This document shows, piece by piece, positions 8,889 through 20,332 of a stretch of DNA of 64,000 nucleotides (positions are counted from its first letter, which is position 1; every line of letters begins with the position of its first letter). The position numbers and the translations under genes were made by a program. The DNA is from a virus. Under the pieces are notes generated by a model, which saw only the letters and a program-made list of their open reading frames with translations, did no database searches and was not told the DNA's origin. The stretch lies in IMG/VR virus record IMGVR_UViG_3300034107_000314, positions 91,260 to 155,259 of that record; one strand, written 5' to 3'.

Positions 8889-10005
8889 TTATTGGTAACT
8901 CTTTCTTCAGCCAGTCTAAGTTTTTTCTATTTGGATTTTTTTCGTACCATCCACCACTTTCGTAGATATTTAGCACAGCCTGAAAGTATTCTTCATACAT
9001 TTTTGCAACTTTATCAAGAGAGAAGTTCATGGCCCAGTCTCTACAATTCTGTGGATTAATATTCTCAATATTTTTTGCAGCCCAACAGAACTGCTCAAAG
9101 GTTCGACATCTATATCCGGTATAACCGTGAAGATTATTTTCAGCGAAAGATCCCCAATCAGTTGTAATTGTTGGAGTGCCAGACATTAAATTCTCGATTT
9201 GTACACCACCGAAAGGTTCTATATACATTGAAGCTAAGAAGCTAGCTTTCGCCTTTGACATTAATTTACGACGAAGATTTGTATCCGCATAACCTAGATA
9301 GTCAACATTTTTTGGTAGTTTATAGTCGTTGTCTTTTTGACCCGCTATTACTAGTTTTGCTCCAATTTCTTGTGTTGCTTGGATTGCAATATTAACTCCT
9401 TTGCCATCATAGACTCTACCTAGATATAAGAAGTAGTCTTCTTTATTTGAATTGAAATCAAAATCGTTTTCATCAAAGTAATTTGGTATAACAACATCAT
9501 ACCAATCTTGCTTGCATGTTCCAACAGCTTCCAATCCATAATATGCATGGTAAATGGCATAGGATTCAAAGATCTTGAATCTTGCCCAGTGTCCACCAGC
9601 ATATCCGATGCCCGGCTCAACTACAATCATATCTGGGTGAGCGTCACAAACTGGTCTAACTCCTGATCCCCAGAATGGCAGAATGAAATCGTTGCGTTGT
9701 TTCCTAAGACCAACTTCTCTAATTGCATTCTTATAGAATGTCTGATAAGCATGGTCATTGACATCGAACTTAAAGAAGTTCTTACGCCAATCATAACTAC
9801 CGTAAGCAATTTCAAGATCTTTATTTGTTGTTACTGTGACATGCTCATCACATATTACGTCACTATCTTCGTGTCCATAATGGATAACTTCATGCCCTAG
9901 AGCTTTCATCATCTTGCAAAACTTAACAACTTTTTGCGTGTATGCGCAAGCAACATATTGTGAATTGCTAACTGTATGGGGAAGCCCTAATACATGAAAT
10001 CTCAT
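8872..10005 (-). CDS. GT4-family glycosyltransferase
   Basis: FLYLGR...[25 protein letters not shown]. Confidence 0.9.
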   Translation of the reverse strand: MRFHVLGLPHTVSNSQYVACAYTQKVVKFCKMMKALGHEVIHYGHEDSDVICDEHVTVTTNKDLEIAYGSYDWRKNFFKFDVNDHAYQTFYKNAIREVGLRKQRNDFILPFWGSGVRPVCDAHPDMIVVEPGIGYAGGHWARFKIFESYAIYHAYYGLEAVGTCKQDWYDVVIPNYFDENDFDFNSNKEDYFLYLGRVYDGKGVNIAIQATQEIGAKLVIAGQKDNDYKLPKNVDYLGYADTNLRRKLMSKAKASFLASMYIEPFGGVQIENLMSGTPTITTDWGSFAENNLHGYTGYRCRTFEQFCWAAKNIENINPQNCRDWAMNFSLDKVAKMYEEYFQAVLNIYESGGWYEKNPNRKNLDWLKKELPINALFK

Positions 10006-10532
10006 TTAATATTCTCCTTGAACCAATTATATATTTTTTCTACTTCTTCAAGAGATGCATTGCTTTTTAACGTATTTGCTCTGTGAGATATCACTTGTAT
10101 GTTTCCTTTTATATAACCTTTTGATGAATCTATTCTATCTATAGTTGGGGAATTATAGCTTAATTTTTTATCTGATCTTATTATTGGAATCCCAAGAATT
10201 GGACAGTTTATTGGTACTGTTATATCTTCAATAGATATGTCGAAATCTATTTTTTTATTTTTAGCTCTTTTTTTAGCGCCAATTAATAAAGTTTTTTCTA
10301 TATTATTTTTGTTCCAATCTACAGATCTTTGATTAATTCTTTTTCTGACTTCTGGAATATTCTGATGTTCTTTTCTTTTTTGTTCTATTTTGTCGTGATT
10401 GTTATCTTTGTACAATTTCTGTACTATTAAATGGCATTCTTTACAATCAGCTCTGTATCCACTTTTTAAGTGGTTATCTTTAAAGAATTCACTATAATTC
10501 TTTTCTAGTCCGCATTTACTACATTTTTTCAT
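10002..10532 (-). CDS. HNH-like endonuclease with N-terminal Zn finger
   Basis: Likely start MKKCSKCG after GGAGG; CPILG...[26 protein letters not shown]. Confidence 0.8.
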   Translation of the reverse strand: MKKCSKCGLEKNYSEFFKDNHLKSGYRADCKECHLIVQKLYKDNNHDKIEQKRKEHQNIPEVRKRINQRSVDWNKNNIEKTLLIGAKKRAKNKKIDFDISIEDITVPINCPILGIPIIRSDKKLSYNSPTIDRIDSSKGYIKGNIQVISHRANTLKSNASLEEVEKIYNWFKENIK

Positions 10533-10588
10533 TGTGTATATACCTCCATTAATATATACACAATAAAATGTGATTATACGCAATTTTA

Positions 10589-11059
10589 TTAAAATGGCAC
10601 TCCAGTATCACTATCATCGCCAAATGGATGTCTAACCTGTTCTTCTTCGTATTCAACTGAATCATCTGAGATATCTTTTAGGTACTGCTTAATAATATTA
10701 GATACTCTACCAGCCTTTGATGTATATTGCTCAACTTCCACATAAACTTGCTTACCATTAAGCGGCTTTTCATTGAAGTTCTCGCCTTTCTTTACTGGCT
10801 TTAAGCCTACAGCTTCACGCAATGCATTGAGTTTAGTTGGACTAGTTACGCTAATCTTGTCAAAGATACGCTTGTTCTCGCCGTCATAATTGATATCAAC
10901 CCAAACGCTAAGACATGCGCCTTTAGCATTGTAATCTGTAATCATATATTCGCTAGTAGTCCATTCAGCTTTACTGATTTTAGCAGTATATTCGCCCGAA
11001 TCAAGCAGGATATCCTTATAGTTTGATCGCTTCTCTTTTTCATCCCATACTGGCTTCAT
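10589..11059 (-). CDS. single-stranded DNA-binding protein-like (DUF669-type)
   Basis: GEY.AKI..AE, acidic tail ending DSDTGVPF typical of SSBs. Confidence 0.6.
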   Translation of the reverse strand: MKPVWDEKEKRSNYKDILLDSGEYTAKISKAEWTTSEYMITDYNAKGACLSVWVDINYDGENKRIFDKISVTSPTKLNALREAVGLKPVKKGENFNEKPLNGKQVYVEVEQYTSKAGRVSNIIKQYLKDISDDSVEYEEEQVRHPFGDDSDTGVPF

Positions 11060-11648
11060 TATCTGATCCTTTCAATTACGGTTCCTGATAGTTGACTTTG
11101 ACTCTTCTTTACTGTTTCGCCTGTATTCTGATCTAAGAACGTGACGGTATCTGCAAAGTGTTTAAATCTATTGGAGTAATAGATACCGTCATTCGTTCTT
11201 ATTTTATATAGTGGCTCCGCCACGTAAGACATATATCCATAAAATTTATAACTAACCAACAAACCAAAAACTAAAATATTTGCAGTGATAAAGAGTTTAA
11301 GTAGTTCTTTCATCATTCAGAATGACTCCCGGATATTGACTCATGTATCTACTGAATTCTTTACGGTGATGTTCTAGTATTTCATTGGACTTTTGCTTTA
11401 CTTCTTCTTCATTCTCTGCCTCAATTACTACAGAGTAGGTGTAGACATCTTGAAGATCAACTTTGTACAAGTTCTTCATCTATTTTACCATCACTTTCAA
11501 GTTTGTCAAGTAATTCTTCAATTATTTTTATACTACGCTTAATTAAGCGAGCATCAAAGTTATCTGGGGCATCCCTATAACAGAAATGCCACCTGCGAAG
11601 TTCTGAAATGATTTCCATCGCATTCATTTTTTCGACATTATCGAACAT
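11059..11648 (-). CDS. three small hypothetical genes (11059-11316 membrane-anchored, 11297-11479, 11457-11648)
   Basis: Overlapping ORFs; 11297-11479 has a Y.V......V.IEAENEEE pattern (DpnD/PcfM-like). Confidence 0.5.
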
Positions 11649-11664
11649 CTTATTTCCTTTTAAG

Positions 11665-11736
11665 TACAGGTACTGAGAATTGAACTCAGATCTTCAGTTT
11701 GGAAGACTGACATAATAGCCATTATACGACACCTGC
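11665..11736 (-). tRNA. tRNA-Gly(UCC)
   Basis: Loop CT-TCC-AA, GAGTTCAATTCTC. Confidence 0.9.
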
Positions 11737-11740
11737 GTTT

Positions 11741-11837
11741 TACAGACATGAATCAGGTCGCTCAGCTAACGATTGTCCCGAATCCGGGACCACCGCTCAC
11801 GTTTTAGTGACGGACTGCCCTCATTGCCATGTCTGTA
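11741..11837 (-). ncRNA. uncharacterised structured small RNA upstream of tRNA-Gly
   Basis: 10-bp closing stem TACAGACATG/CATGTCTGTA enclosing two GC hairpins; begins at the predicted TSS of a consensus promoter. Confidence 0.6.
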
Positions 11838-11842
11838 TTATT

Positions 11843-11871
11843 ATTATACCCGATCACGTTGGTTTTGTCAA
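11843..11871 (-). promoter_or_regulatory. consensus sigma70 promoter
   Basis: TTGACA-17 nt-TATAAT. Confidence 0.85.
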
Positions 11872-13048
11872 CTTCAATTCTTCTAAGAACTGGATTAATT
11901 TTTCTTCATCTTCAAAAAAGAGATCTTTGAAGTAATCCTCTATGGGCATATTAACATCTGGACAATCTTCTCCATAAACGTAGCCGCCATCCTTGGGGGT
12001 GATATAGGCGTAGCATTCAGAATTCAAATTTTTAATCCAGTCATTAAAGTGGATATCATGCCATTTATTCCAGCTGTTATCTTTGAGATAGTTAGTTAGT
12101 TTGGAACTCAATATTACTATCCTTTATATCTAGGAATTCTAATACTTCTTGAATAGATTTAAAATTCAATGTATTGTAATCATCTGTTGGCATACTAATA
12201 TTAGAATAGTCATAGAAGTCATAGATCCATATTGGTCTATTATCTATTGCTCTTGGAATTAGTATATGATATTGTTGACTTGACTCTTTCTTTTCAAATG
12301 ATGGCCAATATTCTGAATATGGATATCCACTATATTGAGTCCAACCGTTATCTATAAGAGCTTTATAAGCCGGATTCATTCTTCACCCTTTGTTTAGCAT
12401 GGTCTATCATTGCTTGTTTAAAATCTTCTCGCCACTCTTTATTATTACTGTAGTCGAATTGCTTGATACATTCTTCAAGAGCGTATTCCATAGTCTTGGC
12501 TTGTTTAGTCATAAGATCTAAGAGATGTCTGTCATGATTATTTGCCATTATCAATATCCATTTTTGCATCGTGAATCATATAGTCAATATCCATTTCGTA
12601 ATAAGGTATATTTCTAAGAGAAAGATTGACATGACCTTCGTAATTATAAAAATCAACAGCTCTTTGTAATGCTAGCTTATAGATCTCAGCCCGTCGAAAT
12701 TGTGCTTTCAAGGGGGAAAAACCATTAGTGTTATCAATAATTTCAAATCCTGCAACACCTTCACCTTGTTTCATCCATTTCCAGCCATGAACAGCTTCTT
12801 TTTTATTATCAATATATCCGTACATATTAACCCTTTCTTCTAGTGAGTGTTTCAATTATTATACCAGCAATATCGTAAGAGTCAAGAGAATTCATGTGAT
12901 TTTTAATAACCCATTCAGCATTCTCTTGAGTGCATTTATAACCGCTCTGTTTCATGCACTTAAGAACGACCTCCATGTCGTATTTAATTGGCAGATCATC
13001 ATATGACTGCGGCTTAAGAGTTTCATACTTGGCGAAAAAATTTGGCAT
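11854..13048 (-). CDS. five small hypothetical genes (11854-12111, 12092-12379, 12363-12569, 12538-12855, 12827-13048)
   Basis: Tandem overlapping ORFs typical of a phage accessory operon. Confidence 0.5.
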
Positions 13049-14104
13049 TTAATCGCCCTTCTTCTCTAAGAACTTGTTAGAGATAGCTTTGAAGCTCACG
13101 CTACGATCAAAATACCTGATGACAATACCTTCACGCTCGGTATTACTATTAAGTTTAGATTTATTTTCTGATAATTCTAGACAAGCCTTACTGTTTTCAG
13201 GCAAGTTAATGTCCTTATATAATAGAGGAACGTGTTTAAGATTATACTCTTCTGTGAATTCAATTAACTCTTCTATGGGGGCGTATTGATCACAATCGCT
13301 GTAATATAGATTATATATATAGAAGTCGTGACCTTTGATATTATATATATTACCTTGAACCCCTTCTCCCACTAGCTCGCCCTGAACGCAAACGGTCTGT
13401 TGACCCGTCTTTGCAGCGTGTTTTCGTAAAATCTCCTCAATGTTTTGCTTTCTTGCAACTTTCCAAAAGGTATTACCTTCTGTTTCCTTTAAGTCCATAT
13501 TCCTAGAGCAAACACCAAACTCATTCCCTCTTAAATATATACTACAAGAAGAGCCATCTAGCTTTTCTGTAATATAGTATTGGCTACCTTTATCTCTATA
13601 ATCTTGATATTGGCGAGATTTAATATTCTGGACTCTCTCTTCATCTGTCTTGTGAAGGAATCCCGGAAAGTTTCCCTTCACTTGTCCAGCTAGACATGCA
13701 GGAACTGGAGGTTCATATTTGATGATCCCCATAATTTCTGTCACATCTTCCCCCATATCCGGGAGATCAACATGACCATTTTCATCTGGGGGCAATTTAC
13801 TAATCAAAGTTTGATAGTTTATCAGCAACCCCTGAGATAATTGTCCACGCAATCTGATAGTCCTCAGACGAAAGCCCTCTGTGCCATCTGACATCTTCTT
13901 ATACGAAGACTTGCGAAGGAACTCATATTCGGGCTGGATCGGCAAGAACGAGTCAACTTCGCAGAATACGACCATCTCATCAGTCTTGAAATCGCCCTTC
14001 TTCACTACAACATCCCAACCATTAATCCTCGCCACCTCAATAGCGTCAGCCCCTTCTATGGGGCGTAATTCAGAAATCTGTTGAACAGTCGCTAGCCTTC
14101 GCAT
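13049..14104 (-). CDS. RNA ligase, DRB0094/Rnl5-like family
   Basis: N-terminal OB domain (MRRLATVQ...IEGADAIE...LRGQLSQGL), motif I TEKLDGSS, QGELVG, REGIV, SFKAISN. Confidence 0.9.
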   Translation of the reverse strand: MRRLATVQQISELRPIEGADAIEVARINGWDVVVKKGDFKTDEMVVFCEVDSFLPIQPEYEFLRKSSYKKMSDGTEGFRLRTIRLRGQLSQGLLINYQTLISKLPPDENGHVDLPDMGEDVTEIMGIIKYEPPVPACLAGQVKGNFPGFLHKTDEERVQNIKSRQYQDYRDKGSQYYITEKLDGSSCSIYLRGNEFGVCSRNMDLKETEGNTFWKVARKQNIEEILRKHAAKTGQQTVCVQGELVGEGVQGNIYNIKGHDFYIYNLYYSDCDQYAPIEELIEFTEEYNLKHVPLLYKDINLPENSKACLELSENKSKLNSNTEREGIVIRYFDRSVSFKAISNKFLEKKGD

Positions 14105-14149
14105 TGAATCCTCTCCTAGATAGTCTTGTTTGGTTACTCTTATATTATA

Positions 14150-14380
14150 TCACCTGATCCCAGCATCGTCAAGTATCTTTTTGCATTTTTTGCAATCTAT
14201 TTTCTTTAGTTCAGCAAATGTATTGTCGTTTGGATTAGATTCGGGATCATACATGATCCAATGCATTTTTCTCTCCTGACCACATAAAGACATAGGATAA
14301 CTGTTCCAGTCACCGTAATGGGCTACTTTACTTCTTGCGGTAAATATTCTGAAAAATTCACGTATTTGCATTATATGCAT
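14150..14380 (-). CDS. small H-x-LC-x-CxxC Zn-binding protein (paralogue 1)
   Basis: AHY...SLCG...CKKC. Confidence 0.6.
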   Translation of the reverse strand: MHIMQIREFFRIFTARSKVAHYGDWNSYPMSLCGQERKMHWIMYDPESNPNDNTFAELKKIDCKKCKKILDDAGIR

Positions 14381-14882
14381 TTCTTAGTATTTCTAAATCA
14401 TTATCTTTAAAAAATTTATTTATTAGATTGGTTGAATTACTTTCTGCTTTTTCTTTTGTGGCAAAGCGTCCTAAAATATAAGATTTATTTTTAATTCGTA
14501 ATCTTACACTGTATGGATTTATTTTACATCTAGCGTCAAAATGTATATTTTTTGCATTATTATTTAAGCAATTATTGCTTCTATTTGTAAGTCTTAAGTT
14601 TTCTATTTTGTTATTTGTTTTATCTTTATCAATATGATCAATTTCCATTAAATTTGGAATATTTCCATTGTGATATATCCATATCAACCTATGGGTGTAA
14701 TATCTTTTACGATAAAAATTAATCTGCGAATAGTCGCCTAGTCTTTTTTTGCCTCCTGCAAGATCTCCGATTTTAGACCTGCAATGTGAGCCATTTCTTT
14801 TTTTCCAATACAAATTTCCATCTTTATAGTCAAACCATTCTAAAATGATTTCTTGCGGAGGATATTTAATTATATGTTTCAT
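14358..14882 (-). CDS. HNH homing endonuclease (HNH_3 plus AP2-like tail)
   Basis: GNLYWK, HRLIW.YH.G, IDHID....NN.IENLR, LGRFATKE.A. Confidence 0.9.
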   Translation of the reverse strand: MKHIIKYPPQEIILEWFDYKDGNLYWKKRNGSHCRSKIGDLAGGKKRLGDYSQINFYRKRYYTHRLIWIYHNGNIPNLMEIDHIDKDKTNNKIENLRLTNRSNNCLNNNAKNIHFDARCKINPYSVRLRIKNKSYILGRFATKEKAESNSTNLINKFFKDNDLEILRNAYNANT

Positions 14883-15476
14883 ATTTAAAATTATCTCCTA
14901 TTTTTTCACAAGATTGGCACTTAGGATGGATACTATTAGCACTTGAGAATTCCCAGTTGCCTTTAGCGACACTCAGGTTGCACAGCGTCCTTTTACTGTT
15001 AGCTTGTACGAAGTGTGTAATCTTATTCTTTGATACTGCGTTAATATACTTCTGCATTATATTTCTCCTTTATTTTTGAACATTTCTTGCATTTTTTAAG
15101 ATTGGCATCGTCAATTTCTTTATTTGCCCCGATAACAGCTTCCCATTGGCGATATTCAATTACTAAACCGCATAAAGTTTTATCATCGTTTATTCCACTA
15201 GTCAAGTGTTCTTTTAAATTTTTATGGGCATACTGTGGCCAATAGCTGTGATGCATAACTACTCTAAGAAGTTTATCCATATCTTTCCATAGCCCCGTTA
15301 TAAATATTTAAGCATTTCTTACACATATCAGTGTGGTTTATGCTAGTAGATTTTCTATTGTCTGGAAAAACTTTTAAGGAACATAAGGTCTTATCTTTAT
15401 CCCCACTCCAGACTATGTGGTTGATCTTACGACCTTTTCTCCAGTATGAATACATCATTCTTCTAGTATCGCCCAT
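14866..15476 (-). CDS. three further H-x-TLC-x-CxxC Zn-binding paralogues (14866-15057, 15041-15280, 15273-15476)
   Basis: THF..RTLCN..CQSC; EHL..KTLCG..CKKC; NHI..KTLCS..CKKC. Confidence 0.6.
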
Positions 15477-18005
15477 ATATCACCTATAGTACATTTAACT
15501 GTATGCCTATCTCCTGAGTTCATTGTGATAGCAGTGTATCTCTCATGCAAGAATTGATTATCCAATTTAACTGTTTCATGCTCTTCTATAGAACATATAT
15601 TACTAACTAATATATATACAGTTCCATTGTTGTAAGTTTCTAACTTTGCGAATTTATCAAGCATCATTTCTCCTTTTTATCTCTTGATCCATATCCTTGA
15701 TTACTTCCAATAGAGCTAATACTAATTGTAAGGGCGAATCGCAATAGAATTCACGATTACCACTGGTATTTTCACGTTTAAGAACTTCTTCACCGTTGAA
15801 ATAGATCTTATCGAATGTTGTAATATAGGCCATTATAAGTCTTCCTCATTTAACTTATGCAAAGGTAATGTGTCAAGGTACTTTTCCACCTTAATGAATT
15901 CTTCAAGTTCGCGATTTGGATCTATACCATCATATCCTTGCATCCACGGTTCTAGGTATATTCTTGGAAGTTCACCAAATGATTGGTATTCTTCACCAAG
16001 ATTGCAAACGCGAGGCAAACCACTTTCCTTGGCTATCTGACCCAATCTTCGAACTTCAGCACAGATTTTAGGATATACCTCAGACTCAAATTTAAGATAA
16101 TTTGCATACCAATTTTCTTCCGTCGATTCAATTGACATATTATTACTCCACTTCTAATGCTTCAATAGCTTCTGATAATTTTCTGCATTGGTATTTTTTT
16201 TCATAATGCTTACCCTCGTATGTATCTGGGTCGCTTTCTCTTTCTTTTACATACTCCTTGTATAATTCATGATGAATCATCTCAAGACCTTTAACTAGAT
16301 AATATATAGCGTCAGAATCGCTTGATTCATTTTTAACATGCATAAACATCTTTAATAGTAATGCGGAAAATCTAGCCCCTTCATCAACGCTTGCTAATTC
16401 TTTTGACATATTATAAGCTCTCTTCTTTATTGTATAATCAAGAGTATTTACCGCCATCATTGCGACTTCTTCTAAAATCAGCTATGACAGCTTCTTCATC
16501 TAAAGAAATTTCAGTAATTTTTGTTATTTGTGCCGATAGAATTATTGTGCTACACATTGTAACAGCAGACCATTCTGTATAAGCAGATATTAACATTGTG
16601 CAGATTCCATGTATATTTTCACATTCTACCTTAAACAGTTTCATTTTCATCTCCTGCAAATGGTTCTTTTTTATTTCTAGACTTGCCAGATCTGCGACCA
16701 CATGTTGTGCATTTACCTCCACCGGGAGTTATGCTATCTAAGTCACATCTACAATAGAACATGACCTTCTTCGGTTTGCGTTTGTTTATCCTGTTAGGCT
16801 TTTCCATATTCAAGCTGCCCCATAACTTGTCTTGGTGCGTCTCGCATCTCGTTGACCAGTTCATCATACTGTTCGGGGTAAGAAGCTCTCAGACAAGCCC
16901 CCAGCTCGTCTAACAGAGGGTGAGAGTAATCTCTATTATCGCCCACCACTTCTTCGATTATAAACGACATTTGGGTGAAGTCAAGGCTATCCAGAGAATT
17001 TTCTTTAGCTTGCTCAATAAAATCCGTTATATCAGATGCTTGCTTATTTGTCATTAGTTTCCTTTTTAGCAGCCTTGTCTTGATAATATTTGACTAATTG
17101 TCTCTTCAAATCTTCAGTCTCTTTTTTTAAAGTTCCAACAGATTCCTCATTTAATCTTCCTTCGTATATTCCATCGGCAGTCCACATTTGTACATAGTAT
17201 GGCACTTTCATATGGTTGTATCTATCTATTTTAGGTTGAAGTAGGTCTACTTCAGTTGTAGCAAATACTACGCATTCCACAGATGGACTAGCAAAGCTAA
17301 CCCACTCATCTTTTGCTATTAGTATATATATCATTCATGAATTCTTTCATTTTAGTACACTTTGGACATAAAGTTTCCCACTCTTCATATGACCAATCTG
17401 AGTCTGGCGAGATCATCACATGCCTAGCCTCACCATTTCTTATTGCTATATTAGATATGAATTGACCACAGTTATCACATTTAAACATTTAATCTTCCTT
17501 ATTGTCGAGTTGCTTTCTTAGTTCTTCAATCTCTTTCTTTAATCTCTCAATCATATCTTCTAAATCTTGAACATATCCACTTTTAAAGTATACCATCTCT
17601 ATTAGAGTCCTTTGTCGTCTAGTCATTTATTTGTCCCCGGAATTACAAAAGGCACAGAACTCTCGCCCCATGCCTTTATTATACCCTACTTACACGGCTT
17701 TGTCAAGAAGAAAACATCGTTTACCACCAAATAAGTATATAAACCGTTTCATCCTCAGCTATTCCCTGATCTTTTAAAAATTTGATCAGAAATGGATTAC
17801 CATATTCGTATTCATCCTCGCTTGCTCCATCCTCTACATCATTTGCATAATTTTCTTTTAGACTGCTTATTGAAACCTCGACATACGATTCATTAGAACG
17901 CCTTCCATATTGAAACGTCTCAAATATTTCATCTTTTAATTCTTCTGGACATGATCGGTCTTGGGGATCAAGCACCCATTGTTTTGACATGCAATTTTTT
18001 TTCAA
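15455..18005 (-). CDS. cluster of about ten small hypothetical genes
   Basis: ORFs 15455-15667, 15833-16138, 16143-16460, 16794-17054, 17044-17334, 17306-17488 (CDNC...CPKC), 17721-18005 and others. Confidence 0.45.
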
Positions 18006-18170
18006 TTAATTATCTCCTAAAACGCTATCAAGTAAAATGTAGAATTGCACCATCAATAGAATAGTAATCTTGTCAATCATAGTACCACCTTTTCGTAGAT
18101 ATTTTGTTCCTTCGGACTTCCAGCTTTACGCCCACGCAAATTGTTAAGAATGACACTGATAATAACAATA

Positions 18171-18752
18171 TTAACATAAGGATTTAACTCCTATAAGCAC
18201 TCCAATACAAATGATTGACATTATAATTGTTGATGGTTCTGGCACTTGAGTTATTGGTGTTACGATAGCTGGGCTAAACCTTGGAGTGGCCAAGCTAAAT
18301 ACATTTTCACCTTGAATTGCCCCACTCATAAATAGCTTTATACTATAAGAGCCAGCAGTTAGATTGCCTGAGCTATGTGCTGTTATAGATGTATAGTTGC
18401 TCATCTGTGGTTCATTGAATGTTCCATACGTGATTATATTGTTAGTGCTTGTATTTTTAATCTCATAACTTATAACAGTTGGATTAGATGGATTAGTTGT
18501 TGCTGTAGCTGCTAGTATATTTACATATATTTCGCTTGAGCCAGTATTATCCGTTACGTTGAAGTTTGTGATGTACGAGCCGTACATGATATAAGAACTT
18601 GTTGCTCCATACGAAGCGCCGATTCCCCATGTAGGAGCTGTTGCTGGCGCACTTGGATTGCTTGAGTGGGGGACGGTTATCAAAAAGTCCATCGCATGGC
18701 CGACAGAACACCATCCAGCGAGAACAATAGCTAGACTTCGGAGTATTCTCAT
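18171..18752 (-). CDS. PEP-CTERM sorting-domain protein
   Basis: N-terminal signal peptide, Ser/Thr-rich beta domain, C-terminal VPEPST plus transmembrane helix. Confidence 0.8.
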   Translation of the reverse strand: MRILRSLAIVLAGWCSVGHAMDFLITVPHSSNPSAPATAPTWGIGASYGATSSYIMYGSYITNFNVTDNTGSSEIYVNILAATATTNPSNPTVISYEIKNTSTNNIITYGTFNEPQMSNYTSITAHSSGNLTAGSYSIKLFMSGAIQGENVFSLATPRFSPAIVTPITQVPEPSTIIMSIICIGVLIGVKSLC

Positions 18753-19387
18753 TTGTTGCTTTCGTCAATATTGGGCTACACTTTACGCACTCCGTTCTAG
18801 TCAATACGAGAGATCCTATCTCACGAATCCATTGTATCACAGGCGATCTGAATGTCAAGGGGAAAAAGAAAAAGGCACAGAATTTTCATTCCATGCCTAT
18901 TATATATTTTTTCTCTAGTTTTTTCTAATTAATCTTCTTTTTTCTCATTAGATTGTTCACTTTTGTTACGTTTTGCCAGCCTTTGATTGGATACATTACA
19001 CTTCTTACATAAAGGATAATGTCTAAAATCGGTCTGTTGAACTCTTTTACATTGAGTGCATGTGAATACTAGTACGCTTTGGCCATTTTTATTTTTAATA
19101 CCCATATTTCTCACAAATCACCTATAAAGGGGTTAAAAACGCCTTAATTGAGGCTATAAAGGCCATAAATAAGACATAAACTATATATAAACACTAAAAC
19201 AGACATAATAAAACTAATAGGACTAATAGAGAATAATACATTAGATAGATTAACTATAATAGATCTAATAGATAGGTTGGTTTGATTATCTTTTTTATTT
19301 GTATTACCCTCTATAATCTGATTACGCACGGTCCCCTCCATATACACAAAATAACGTAATATTAATATGATATCACTTTAATATCAC

Positions 19388-19681
19388 TTAAATATCAATG
19401 ATTTTACACTCATTTTTTTCATCAAACAGCTTAATTTGTAGGTTATTGTAAGAAAAGTAGTATGAAACGATATCATAGTTATTAGAATCATTTAGTTTAA
19501 CCCAAAAGTTGACACGACCCGCCTCATGTTTGTAAAATATAGTGTCAGTTTTGATAGTATCTGCTGGTTTGGTGATATTCCTTGTAAGAGCTACTCTAAT
19601 CTTGGCTTCTTCTCTATTCATTTTTGGACTCTCACTCTCTACAGTACGCTTTTGGACTGGACGAGTTGCGGTTTTGATCAT
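19388..19681 (-). CDS. hypothetical protein
   Basis: ORF with GAGAGGG RBS, AGTGTATA motif upstream. Confidence 0.5.
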   Translation of the reverse strand: MIKTATRPVQKRTVESESPKMNREEAKIRVALTRNITKPADTIKTDTIFYKHEAGRVNFWVKLNDSNNYDIVSYYFSYNNLQIKLFDEKNECKIIDI

Positions 19682-19879
19682 TTCATTGCCCTCTCTATAT
19701 AGAATATACACTTTTTTGCCGTTTCTACCATAATTATACCAGTTTTTTTTAAGAAGTCAACAAAAAACACTTAAAAATTGTGTATATATTAATAGGAAAG
19801 AATATATTGCAAGCTTAACATGACAGATCCATTCGCACTCTTAACATGACAGCTCTCCTGAATATAGAAAATTCCTAAA

Positions 19880-20309
19880 ATGTTAGTTGCCTCTGTTCTA
19901 TATAGCCTATCTTGACACTTGCTGTATCTGGGACTTCATCCCCCACACACGCAGGTTTATTCCCATTTATAGAAATAATTTTAAAATACCATTCTTTTGA
20001 TCGGCGATTGTGGTTGCCGTTTTCACTGTTCACTGGTATCATCATAGTGTAATGAAATGAAGTCTTGGTGAACTCCCATGAGGAGACGAATGGGTTGTGA
20101 ACTAAGACGCAATGGAATGGAAGTATGGGGATTCAGAATCTCTATAGAAACAGGTTTTAATTTAAGGGTTTGAGATTTATACTTAGAGCCTTTAAAGAAT
20201 ATTAGCAAGTAAAGAAATATAAGTATGGTTAAGAGAATAATACAATGGTTACTTCTTATCTTGCTAATATACTTCAGTAAGTATTGTAAGAATAGAAGAA
20301 CACTAACAT
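19880..20309 (+). ncRNA. candidate large structured non-coding RNA or leader
   Basis: Nested helices ATGTTAGT/ACTAACAT, ACTTGCTG/CAGTAAGT, ATCCCC/GGGGAT, GTCTTGGT/ACTAAGAC, CGGCGAT/GTTGCCG, ATATTAGCAAG/CTTGCTAATAT; downstream of TGTGTATA at 19779. Confidence 0.55.
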
Positions 20310-20332
20310 ACAGTTTAATCAAGGAGAGTACA

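Noticed and set aside
20023-20332. ORF 20023-20322 and the N-terminal extension 20225-20332
   Set aside because: Low-complexity translations without an RBS; the strong RBS is at 20321, before the ATG at 20333.
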